From: a virus
Length of the DNA: 64,000 nucleotides
IMG/VR virus record: IMGVR_UViG_3300007735_000798
Span: 1-64,000 of that record
Direction: 5' to 3' (one strand)
In this document: piece by piece, positions 30,005-38,621 of the stretch
Position numbering within the stretch: position 1 is the stretch's first letter
How the letters are laid out: every line of letters starts with the position of its first letter
Made by a program: the position numbers and the translations under genes
The notes under the pieces: model-generated
Database searches by the model: none
The model's input: only the letters and a program-made list of their open reading frames with translations
What the model was told of the DNA's origin: nothing

Positions 30005-30556
30005 TTTTTTTTTAGCAAATTCTATAAATTTATTATGCCAATTTAAAACAGTTTGGGGAGTTACATCTAAAATTTGACCAATTTCTGAATAATTTAAAAT
30101 ACGTTCTTTATTATAAAAATATCTATAGTATATAGCTTTTTTTGTATTAGGGTCAGTTATTTCATTAAATAAATCAATAATTGTATCTACTGCTTCTTTT
30201 TTATTTATCTCACTATCTTTTTTAACAGAATTTATAAAAAATTCTAAATGTTTATCTTCTATAGGTACTAATTTTGAATTTTTATTTTTATGGTTCAAAC
30301 AAAAAAATCTAACTTGATTTCCTAACCAAGTAGAAAATTTACTACCTTTTTCTATATTAAAAGACATTGCAGCATTAAACACTATCCAATATCTATTATC
30401 ATGTAATTCATTTAAATCAATATTACAGGATACGCAATATTTTTTACCAATATTAAAAATTAGACCACTATGTTTTTCAGTTAATTGTTTTAAACTTTCA
30501 TTACATTGACTACAAATTATTTTACTGATTAATTTTTCATCAGAAATATTTTTCAT
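29990..30556 (-). CDS. Sigma70-family RNA polymerase sigma factor (regions 2 and 4)
   Basis: A..SFN..KGSKFSTWL in region 2; HTH YSEIGQILDVT.QTV in region 4. Confidence 0.8.
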   Translation of the reverse strand: MKNISDEKLISKIICSQCNESLKQLTEKHSGLIFNIGKKYCVSCNIDLNELHDNRYWIVFNAAMSFNIEKGSKFSTWLGNQVRFFCLNHKNKNSKLVPIEDKHLEFFINSVKKDSEINKKEAVDTIIDLFNEITDPNTKKAIYYRYFYNKERILNYSEIGQILDVTPQTVLNWHNKFIEFAKKKLTNK

Positions 30557-30563
30557 TAAAATG

Positions 30564-30592
30564 AAATTATCATATATTTAATACTATGTCAA
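30564..30592 (-). promoter_or_regulatory. Sigma70-type promoter of the sigma factor gene
   Basis: TTGACA-N17(ends TGA)-TAATTT-N7-ATG(30556). Confidence 0.5.
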
Positions 30593-30626
30593 TATTTTTT
30601 TTTGATTTTTTAAAAAAGAAGAATAT

Positions 30627-30674
30627 AATTTGTGAGCAAAGCGAGCAAATTGAAACCGAACAACGTGAGGTTTC
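30627..30674 (+). other. Twin hairpins with tandem GA/GA mismatches (possible ssDNA priming/origin signal)
   Basis: AATTTGT-GA-GC-AAA-GC-GA-GCAAATT immediately followed by GAAACC-GA-AC-AAC-GT-GA-GGTTTC, in the divergent intergenic region. Confidence 0.5.
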
Positions 30675-30715
30675 GAAAAGAGAAATGTTCCTTTATTTTA
30701 ACTTTTTTGATACTT

Positions 30716-31114
30716 ATGTCAAGCTTATATTTAATTTTACTCTGTTGTTGTGGGGCATTAATTATACATTTATGGTTTTATTCTGATTTTTTTGCTTATT
30801 ATTTAAAATCATGTAAAATTTTTATACCTAAAAAAATCTATAACTGGTTATTAATTGAAGAGTATATTAACAATAAAGACCCGCAATTATTTTTTGATAG
30901 TTATATTGAATATTTTTTTGTAAAAAAGAGTTTTATAAAGTCATTTAATGTTAAATTTTTTCTTAAACTTTTTTCATGTATAACATGCTTTACTGTATGG
31001 GTATCTCTAATATTATCTTTAATATACGGTAATATATTATATATTGGCTTAATATTTGTTATTCTTCGAATACTTGATTTTATTCTTAGATATGTATTAA
31101 AAAAAACAATATAA
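30716..31114 (+). CDS. Putative membrane protein
   Basis: Hydrophobic N-terminus, C..C...W motif and two C-terminal hydrophobic segments. Start moved to the ATG at 30716. Confidence 0.6.
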   Translation: MSSLYLILLCCCGALIIHLWFYSDFFAYYLKSCKIFIPKKIYNWLLIEEYINNKDPQLFFDSYIEYFFVKKSFIKSFNVKFFLKLFSCITCFTVWVSLILSLIYGNILYIGLIFVILRILDFILRYVLKKTI

Positions 31115-31115
31115 T
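31087..31115 (+). promoter_or_regulatory. Sigma70-type promoter, leaderless geometry
   Basis: TAGATA-N17-TATAAT-N5-ATG(31121). Confidence 0.5.
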
Positions 31116-31120
31116 CTCTT

Positions 31121-31555
31121 ATGAAAAAATTAGATTTTTGCAAACCTACAAAATCAATTACTGGATCTTGGATTACTTTTGGATTAACACAGGATCAGGA
31201 AGATCAAAAGAAAAATGGGTTTTATGTAAATATTATTAAGCAAGCTGGATGGAACGATCAAACAAAAAATGGGACATTTAAAGAAAATGTAAATAATCCA
31301 GAAAAACATAAAAGGATTAAACTAAGTGAAAATGATATCGCTGAAACTCTTTTAGTTTTACAATCTAACGGCTCTAGAAAATGGTCTACAGTTCATGCTG
31401 GTAAAACCCCTATTTTTATAGAACCTTTTATCAAAGAAGAAAATCATATAGGCTATTTAATTAAATTAGGCGGTATTGGTATTGCTTTAAATTTTGCAGA
31501 AACCCTTCGTCTTCAAGAGTATTTAAAATTGACTTTACAACAAATGTATTTATAA
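31121..31555 (+). CDS. Hypothetical protein, possibly nucleic-acid binding
   Basis: 144-aa ORF with its own promoter; two beta-beta-beta-helix-like units (inference only). Confidence 0.55.
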   Translation: MKKLDFCKPTKSITGSWITFGLTQDQEDQKKNGFYVNIIKQAGWNDQTKNGTFKENVNNPEKHKRIKLSENDIAETLLVLQSNGSRKWSTVHAGKTPIFIEPFIKEENHIGYLIKLGGIGIALNFAETLRLQEYLKLTLQQMYL

Positions 31556-31556
31556 T
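31529..31556 (+). promoter_or_regulatory. Sigma70-type promoter
   Basis: TTGACT-N16-TATAAT-N8-ATG(31565). Confidence 0.55.
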
Positions 31557-31564
31557 ACATTAAT

Positions 31565-33493
31565 ATGCGTAAAAAAAGAGTTTTATTTTTAACTGATTAC
31601 GCTGGGGCTTTTACAGGGTTTGGTAAACAATGTAAATTATTGCTATCTTATCTTTATAAAACTGGTAAATATGAAATATTGAATGCCGCACAAGGAATTC
31701 ATAAAGATGGGCCGCATACAAAAAAATATCCTTGGAAAACAATTGGAGTTTTACCCGTAGACCCGCAAAAGATACAACAAATAAATCAAGATCAAAATTT
31801 AGCACGAATGGCGGCTTATGGAAGTTTAGAAATTACGTCTATTGTAAAAGAATTTAAACCAGATGTAGTTTTTTCTATTAATGATACTTGGGGGTCGCAA
31901 TTTGTAATAAATGAACCATTTTTTAATACTATTCCTACTGTGTGTTGGAATACTTTTGATTCTTTACCATTATTGCCAGATACAATAGAAAATAGTAAAA
32001 AATTAACACACTATTGGACATGGAGTGATTTTGCAAGAAAAGAACTACATAAATTAGGATTTAATCATGTAAAAAATCAATACCCCTTAGTTAATACAAA
32101 AAATTTCTATAAATTACCAGAGCATGAAATTGCTGAAATTAAAAATAGATTTAATATTCCACAAAATTCATTTATTATTGGTTTTGTATTTAGGAATCAA
32201 TTAAGAAAATTAATTAATACTCAAATTGAGGCCTACTCATTATTTAAAAAGCATAATCCTGAAATAAAAAATACATTTTTATATACTCATACTCATTATG
32301 GTGAAGGATGGGATATTCATAGATTGTGCCAACAATATGGAGTAGATCCAAGGGAAGTTCTTTGTACTTATATTTGCAAAGAAACCCGTCAATATTTTAT
32401 CGCACCTTTTCATGGTCAAGATATTGAAAATCCAATTACAAAACGCAAAACTCTTGTAACAGTTAATGTTGGATTGGGTGTTACGGATAAACAACTAAAT
32501 GAAATATATAATATATTTTCTTTATATTCCCATCCAGCTACTTCTGGAGCCTGCGAATTACCATGTGTTGAAGCCGCTCTTACTGAAAAAATAATTACTA
32601 CATGCGCCTATTCTTTTGGAGAAGATATTATTGAAAATAATAAAGGTAGCATTCCAATAAAATTTACTTTTTATACCGAACACGGAACACAATTTTTAAA
32701 ATCTCAACCATCTCCATACGAATTGTCAAAAATTTTTAAAAAAGTATATGAGATGAATCCCCAAACTAGAATAAAAATGGAAAAAGATTCTAGAACGTGG
32801 GCTTTAGAAAATTATTCTATAGATATAAATGGTAAAAAAATTGAAGAATTTATAGATAGTAATCCAATATTAGAAAATGAATCTTTTAATTTTGAGCATA
32901 AGTCAGAAAAAAATCCAAATCCATCTGCTATAGTTAATCATAATGAAGATAGTAGAGTTTGGATTAAATCTCTATATAAATTAATTTTAGATATGGATGT
33001 ATCTGATCAGGATGAGGGGTTAACACATTGGTTGCAAAAATTAGAACAAAAAGTTCCAAAAGAACAAATTGAAAATTATTTTAGACAAGTAGCTCAACAA
33101 GAATTATCAAAAAATAATAATAAAAATATTGAATTAAAAGATTTATTTAACGAATCTCCAGAACTTAAAAAAGTATTAATTGTACAACCAGAAAGTATTG
33201 GAGATATATTTATGTTAACTTCTATATTTGAATCTATCAGAAATAGATATCCTAAAAATCAATATAAAATATATGTAGCAACAAAACCAGAATATATAGA
33301 TTTAATTGATGGAAATCCTTTTATTGATAAATGGATACCATATCATCAAGCCATGGATAATATTATTTTGATGGAAGGTGGAATGGGCCAAAAAGGAATT
33401 TGTGATATAGTTTATTATCCTTATTTTGGCACTCAACGTCTTTTAAGTTATATGCATAATGGAGAAGATAAAATAGATTTGGAGTTAAAATAA
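31565..33493 (+). CDS. Multidomain glycosyltransferase: GT4 + DUF4214-like + N-terminal half of GT9
   Basis: TGFG, KPDVV..ND.W, RNQLRK, ELPCVEAA (GT4); LY..IL....D.GL.HW...L (DUF4214-like); SIGD...T......YP, GNPFID (GT9 N-lobe). Confidence 0.8.
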   Translation: MRKKRVLFLTDYAGAFTGFGKQCKLLLSYLYKTGKYEILNAAQGIHKDGPHTKKYPWKTIGVLPVDPQKIQQINQDQNLARMAAYGSLEITSIVKEFKPDVVFSINDTWGSQFVINEPFFNTIPTVCWNTFDSLPLLPDTIENSKKLTHYWTWSDFARKELHKLGFNHVKNQYPLVNTKNFYKLPEHEIAEIKNRFNIPQNSFIIGFVFRNQLRKLINTQIEAYSLFKKHNPEIKNTFLYTHTHYGEGWDIHRLCQQYGVDPREVLCTYICKETRQYFIAPFHGQDIENPITKRKTLVTVNVGLGVTDKQLNEIYNIFSLYSHPATSGACELPCVEAALTEKIITTCAYSFGEDIIENNKGSIPIKFTFYTEHGTQFLKSQPSPYELSKIFKKVYEMNPQTRIKMEKDSRTWALENYSIDINGKKIEEFIDSNPILENESFNFEHKSEKNPNPSAIVNHNEDSRVWIKSLYKLILDMDVSDQDEGLTHWLQKLEQKVPKEQIENYFRQVAQQELSKNNNKNIELKDLFNESPELKKVLIVQPESIGDIFMLTSIFESIRNRYPKNQYKIYVATKPEYIDLIDGNPFIDKWIPYHQAMDNIILMEGGMGQKGICDIVYYPYFGTQRLLSYMHNGEDKIDLELK

Positions 33494-33494
33494 T

Positions 33495-34688
33495 ATGCAT
33501 TTATTAGAAACATACGCATTATCTACAGGTAGTAAAATTAAAAAACCATTTATTATTAAAAAATTTTTCCCAATTCCTTTTGAAAAATATATTACTATTC
33601 AAAATAGTAGTGGGATGTCTGGAAAATGTTATGATTATTTTCAAGAAGTTATTGATTTTATCTATAAAGATTTAGATAAACTTGGATATAAAATAGTGCA
33701 AATTGGGTCAAAAGATGATAAACCATTAAATAACGTTTTTCATTTACAAGGCCAAACAACTATAAATCAAACAGCTTTTATTCTGGAAAATTCTAAATTA
33801 CATGTTGGAAATGATAGTTTTGCTATTCACATGTGTAGTGCTTTTGATGTTCCATTAGTTGGATTATATAGTGTTTCCTCTCCAGAGATTGCAGGTCCAT
33901 TTTGGAAAAATGGTAAACAAATCTGCCTTACTCCTAAAAATTGGAAACCCAGTTTTAATCCGAATGAAAATCCAAAAAGAATTAATGAAATTCAAATTGA
34001 AAAAATTATAGAATCTATTAATAATTTATTAGAATGTAATTTTGAAAATAAAATTAAAACATTGTATATTGGTCAAAAATATCATAATCCAATATTAGAG
34101 ATTTTACCAGATCAGTCTCTACATCAAAATTCTTTTCCAAATCAAGCATTAAATATAAGACTTGATTTTCTTGATCGTGAAATTGAGCATAAAGATTATC
34201 AAGGAATATTTAATAATTTAAATATAAGACAATGTTGTATTGTTACCAATAAGCCGTTCGCAATAGAAAATTTTATACAACTAAAAAATAATTTGGCAAT
34301 CGTAATTTATGATGTAACGAAAGAAATCGATATTAATTTTATAGAAAAATTGACGTTTTATGGAATTAATAATAATTGTATTTTTAAAATAGATGAATCT
34401 TCACCAGAAGAACTAGATAAAAGAAAAGAACAACTTATTGATTTTCCACAATATATAGAAGAAATTAAATATCCGAATCTTACTATAGATTTAACAGATA
34501 ATTTATTTTACAAAACAAATAAAATTTTAATTGCAAATAATAAAGCTTATTATGGAAAATATGGTTATTTAAATAATATACCGATTGAAGATAATACGGA
34601 AAAATATCAACAAATTTTTAATAATGAACATATTAATGAATATATTAAAAATGATTTAGAGTATTCTTTTATCTTTAAAAAAGATTGA
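33495..34688 (+). CDS. GT9 C-terminal lobe plus unknown domain
   Basis: HLLE.Y, IVQIG, L.GQTT..Q....L..S.LHVGNDS...H...A..VP.VGLY. Confidence 0.75.
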   Translation: MHLLETYALSTGSKIKKPFIIKKFFPIPFEKYITIQNSSGMSGKCYDYFQEVIDFIYKDLDKLGYKIVQIGSKDDKPLNNVFHLQGQTTINQTAFILENSKLHVGNDSFAIHMCSAFDVPLVGLYSVSSPEIAGPFWKNGKQICLTPKNWKPSFNPNENPKRINEIQIEKIIESINNLLECNFENKIKTLYIGQKYHNPILEILPDQSLHQNSFPNQALNIRLDFLDREIEHKDYQGIFNNLNIRQCCIVTNKPFAIENFIQLKNNLAIVIYDVTKEIDINFIEKLTFYGINNNCIFKIDESSPEELDKRKEQLIDFPQYIEEIKYPNLTIDLTDNLFYKTNKILIANNKAYYGKYGYLNNIPIEDNTEKYQQIFNNEHINEYIKNDLEYSFIFKKD

Positions 34689-34713
34689 CAAAAAATAAAA
34701 ATTATAAGATAAT
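34685..34713 (+). promoter_or_regulatory. Sigma70-type promoter, leaderless geometry
   Basis: TTGACA-N17-GATAAT-N6-ATG(34720). Confidence 0.65.
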
Positions 34714-34719
34714 ACCTTC

Positions 34720-35472
34720 ATGTCAGAAAAAACAGTTTATCGTTATAAAGATCAAGTAAATAAATTTAAAAGAGATCCTAATGGTCTTTTAGAATGTATT
34801 GATTATACATTTAATCAAGATAATACTATTAATTGGAGAGCAATGATTAGTAAAGAATATCTTGTTCCAAATCGAGATTCTTTTAAAAATCAAAAAGATA
34901 TTAATTTAAAAGAGCTAGATATTACGATACTAGCAGATAATCAACTATTAATTCTCCTAGCTGGTTTAAAAGAACTTGCTCAAATTCGTGGATATAAAAA
35001 TGTATCATATGATGTAATTCAATCTCAACCAGACTATGTATCTGTAAAATGCACAATTGATTGGATCCCTAATTATGAAACTAGTATGGAGCCAGTATCT
35101 TTTTCTGCACTTGCTGATGCACATCTTGATAATACAAAAGATTTTGCAAAAAACTTTTTAATGGCAATCGCTGAAAATCGCGCCTTTGTGCGTGCTGTAA
35201 GAAGTTTTCTTAAAATTAATATCGTTGGTAATGATGAAATGGGTAAAACAACTCACATTGATACAGAAGTAGAGCCAAATACTAATATAACACAACCCAT
35301 AGCTCTTTTACAAAAAACTATGGAAGAGTATAGTATTACTTTTGAACAAATTAAAGCCAGAGCTATACAAAAGAAAATGGAAAATGCAGAAAACTGGATA
35401 AATATAAATGATATTTCTCCACTTTCTATGTTTACTATTATAAGTGGAATTAAAGCTAATAAAAATAAATAA
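34720..35472 (+). CDS. Putative Rad52/Sak-like single-strand annealing protein
   Basis: GL..LA, V.VKC.I, ADA...N, AIAENRA..RAVR..L.I.....DE pattern. Confidence 0.5.
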   Translation: MSEKTVYRYKDQVNKFKRDPNGLLECIDYTFNQDNTINWRAMISKEYLVPNRDSFKNQKDINLKELDITILADNQLLILLAGLKELAQIRGYKNVSYDVIQSQPDYVSVKCTIDWIPNYETSMEPVSFSALADAHLDNTKDFAKNFLMAIAENRAFVRAVRSFLKINIVGNDEMGKTTHIDTEVEPNTNITQPIALLQKTMEEYSITFEQIKARAIQKKMENAENWININDISPLSMFTIISGIKANKNK

Positions 35473-35474
35473 AT

Positions 35475-38063
35475 TTAAACTCTTCGATATTCTGATCTAT
35501 CAGATAATGGTATAAGACCAAATACTCGAGTTGTTTCAGATTCTTGATTTTCACTATAGTAAGTTAAATTTTGTTTATCTAAAAATATATTATAATTGCC
35601 AAGACAATTAATAAAATTTGCAAAACTGATATTATTTTTAATTATAATATAATCATAATGAGTTGTATATGTTCTATCTAGAATAGTTTGAAGTTTTGTA
35701 TTTTCAGCGGAAGGTAAATAAATATATCTTTCTTCATCCTTTGAAACCGAAAAGGATGCGGCCTCCGTTAATTCAAAAGTTGATATATCTGTACCAATTT
35801 TAATATAAGAACCTGGAGTACAAAATATTGTTATATTGTCACTATCTTTTGTTTTGCTATCATTTCTATATTTAGCTATATTTTTATTAACAGGAAATAC
35901 CGAAGAATTAATTTGATAAGTCTCACAAAAAGGCAATTCAATATTTTGATTAATATTTTGTATAGTAAAAAAAGAATCTGTATTTTGATTTGGTGGTGGA
36001 ACAATTGGTGTTATATATTGATGATAAAAATCATTTAAATCAAAAATATAATTTACTTCATAACCGCCAATTTGAAAATAAGTTCCATTATTATAAGCTT
36101 TACCTTGATAAGCTGGATACCTCACTATATTAGTTATAAAAGTTGTAGTTGTAGAACTTGATATTTTTTTTGTTGTTGATATTTGATAAATAATATTTTC
36201 ACTTAATCTTGTAAAATTATGAATTGAAAAATATGACGAATAAAATGAACTTTTAAATAATACATTCGATAAATTTCCACCAAACGTATTCGATAAATTT
36301 GGAACACATATGGGCATATTTGGATAAATAAATATTGCTTGTGAATACCAATGATATCCACCAATATAATTTCTAGCGCCAATGATAACTTGTCTGGATG
36401 CGTCATTATAAAAATTTATAGTTCTAGAGGCTTTGAAAGTACTTTCTCCAAGTAAAGAACTATTATTTTCATTTAATGAAACTTCTTTCGCAAAAGAAGT
36501 CAAATTATCTGGACTAACCATTCCATCTACGAATCCAACATTTATAGAGAAAGTAGTTGCATAATCATTATTTCCAGGAGATAAATAAAAATTTTTAATA
36601 TATTTATATTCAATATAATCTTCATAAGTTGTTTTATAAGTATAGATACTATTATTTTCTACTGTTTTTATTGTTTTTACACAATATTTACAAGTACTAT
36701 ATTTATAATCGTATGGACTAGAAGAACCTTGAATTATTTCAGTTGATTCTTGGAAATTATGCCACATGAAATTATCTACTATAATATTATATTTAATTGT
36801 TTTTGTAATTGTTTGCTTAAATTCTATTGGAAACCCAGAATAATCGGTATAACTAAATAATGTATATATTGCTGATTTTGTTTTTGGAACAAAAATTGTA
36901 CTTTTTGTAGTAGATAATGGCATGAGAAGTCCAGGATAAATATTCTCACTCTTATTTGTAGTAGTCGGCTGCGCATAAAAAGATGTTTTATTAATAATAA
37001 ATTCTTCTGAATATAAAGATGTATATTTTGATATTGTAGATGATACTGTAGATTTAGTTTTACTCAATGGATATTTTGTATCACTTTTATCAGCATCGTA
37101 TTCACCAATTGTTGCTGAATAAAAAGATGGTTGTATAAAAGAAATAGTAACCGCACTATTTTTTTCTTTTTGTCCTTGATATTTTGTATACGAATATACA
37201 TCTATTTTAAAAATTGGTTTATCAATATCCGTTTTTTCAAATATGCATTTAGTTCTATACCAAAGTGCAATATTTTCTTTTGGTTTGTCAGCAAAATAAA
37301 CTACAGTATTTACATAATTATAATCCTTAGCAATTTCATTAAAATATTCAGGCGCCCAAAAAGGATCATCGCTATTAGTAATTCTTGAATATTTAGTAGT
37401 TATTTTTTTTTCATCATATGTTTTTTTTGTTAATTGGGTTGTTTCTTTTATTCCTTCTGTAGTTGTATCGTAAGTAAAATATTCACTATAATAATAACTT
37501 GATACAAAATTAGAATTTTTTGTATCATATGTTATAATAGAATGATGTTTTCGTATAAATGTATTTATTGTTTGAGTTGTTTCTATGTTTGTTAATGTTG
37601 TTGTAAATTCTGTTGAAAAATCGCCAAAAATAGGTTGATCATATATAAAAGTATTAAAATAATTTTTGCATTGACCATTACCCTGCTTATCGATTCTGTT
37701 GTCAATTATAGTAGCTTTACCATCTGAACTATATTCTGTTTTGAATGTTGAAAATTTAAGAGGACATCTAAAGCCCCCTCCAATTGTAAATGTATTTGTA
37801 TCTTGACCACATGTTAATATAGGCGTCCTAGTTACACCATCATCACTATAAATTATTAAACTTTCGCTTGTATAATTTCCATTAGTAAATTGATAAAAAG
37901 TCGAATAAGTATAATAACTAGCTTTAATAGTAGTGTAAAGATCATCCCCTTCACAAGCAGTTTGATATACTTCAGCATTTTTAGTGGTGGAATAAGTTGA
38001 TCCTAATAATAAAATTTCATCTGTAATATAGGAAGCCCCTTCTGTAATAGTATATGTAAACAT
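35475..38063 (-). CDS. Thr/Tyr/Ser-rich 862-aa protein, probably virion-associated
   Basis: Last gene of the tail operon; many T/TT runs; no recognisable catalytic motif. Confidence 0.55.
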   Translation of the reverse strand: MFTYTITEGASYITDEILLLGSTYSTTKNAEVYQTACEGDDLYTTIKASYYTYSTFYQFTNGNYTSESLIIYSDDGVTRTPILTCGQDTNTFTIGGGFRCPLKFSTFKTEYSSDGKATIIDNRIDKQGNGQCKNYFNTFIYDQPIFGDFSTEFTTTLTNIETTQTINTFIRKHHSIITYDTKNSNFVSSYYYSEYFTYDTTTEGIKETTQLTKKTYDEKKITTKYSRITNSDDPFWAPEYFNEIAKDYNYVNTVVYFADKPKENIALWYRTKCIFEKTDIDKPIFKIDVYSYTKYQGQKEKNSAVTISFIQPSFYSATIGEYDADKSDTKYPLSKTKSTVSSTISKYTSLYSEEFIINKTSFYAQPTTTNKSENIYPGLLMPLSTTKSTIFVPKTKSAIYTLFSYTDYSGFPIEFKQTITKTIKYNIIVDNFMWHNFQESTEIIQGSSSPYDYKYSTCKYCVKTIKTVENNSIYTYKTTYEDYIEYKYIKNFYLSPGNNDYATTFSINVGFVDGMVSPDNLTSFAKEVSLNENNSSLLGESTFKASRTINFYNDASRQVIIGARNYIGGYHWYSQAIFIYPNMPICVPNLSNTFGGNLSNVLFKSSFYSSYFSIHNFTRLSENIIYQISTTKKISSSTTTTFITNIVRYPAYQGKAYNNGTYFQIGGYEVNYIFDLNDFYHQYITPIVPPPNQNTDSFFTIQNINQNIELPFCETYQINSSVFPVNKNIAKYRNDSKTKDSDNITIFCTPGSYIKIGTDISTFELTEAASFSVSKDEERYIYLPSAENTKLQTILDRTYTTHYDYIIIKNNISFANFINCLGNYNIFLDKQNLTYYSENQESETTRVFGLIPLSDRSEYRRV

Positions 38064-38065
38064 AA

Positions 38066-38617
38066 CTAAACAGTACGAGTTTCACCCCATACTAAAAATA
38101 CATTATATGGAAAAATAGCGTCTGCGTCTTCATTTACTTGAATAGAACTAACATATGCCCCTAAACAAATATTAGATGTTACACATTGATAAATTTGATT
38201 ATTAAAAACTACACCCAAAAGAACATCTACAGAACTTGGTAATCCAAAAAGTACTGGAGTTTGTAATTCTGGAGTCTTTTCACTTACGATAATTTCAGCG
38301 TTATTAATATATTCTCCATTTGATCTACATCTTAATACAACATAATTTACAACATCTTTTTTTATTGTAAATTCTGTAAGTCCAGGCTTTTGAACTGTGG
38401 CGGTAGAACTACTGGCGGCACTACTGGCGGGACTACTGGTGGGACTACTGGTGGCAGAACTAGTAGCATTAACTGTAATCATATTAGAAGGCATAATACT
38501 ATTAACACTTCCAGGAGTTACAGTAATTGAAAAAACATTCTCTTTTGGATTTAAAACATTTTTAATTTTAAAACCATGAGGAGACGATTTAACTGTTCCA
38601 AATATTTTTTTTGGCAT
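38066..38617 (-). CDS. Hypothetical tail-region protein with Ser/Ala repeat insert
   Basis: 183 aa; contains ATSS-PTSS-PASS-AASS. Confidence 0.6.
   Translation of the reverse strand: MPKKIFGTVKSSPHGFKIKNVLNPKENVFSITVTPGSVNSIMPSNMITVNATSSATSSPTSSPASSAASSSTATVQKPGLTEFTIKKDVVNYVVLRCRSNGEYINNAEIIVSEKTPELQTPVLFGLPSSVDVLLGVVFNNQIYQCVTSNICLGAYVSSIQVNEDADAIFPYNVFLVWGETRTV
38408..38455. repeat. 4 x 12-nt tandem repeat
   Basis: actactggcggc actactggcggg actactggtggg actactggtggc. Confidence 0.9.
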
Positions 38618-38621
38618 AAAT

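Noticed and set aside
30586-30786. ORF 30586..30786 and the N-terminal extension of 30632..31114
   Set aside because: They overlap a promoter and the twin-hairpin element; the ATG at 30716 gives a more plausible membrane protein.
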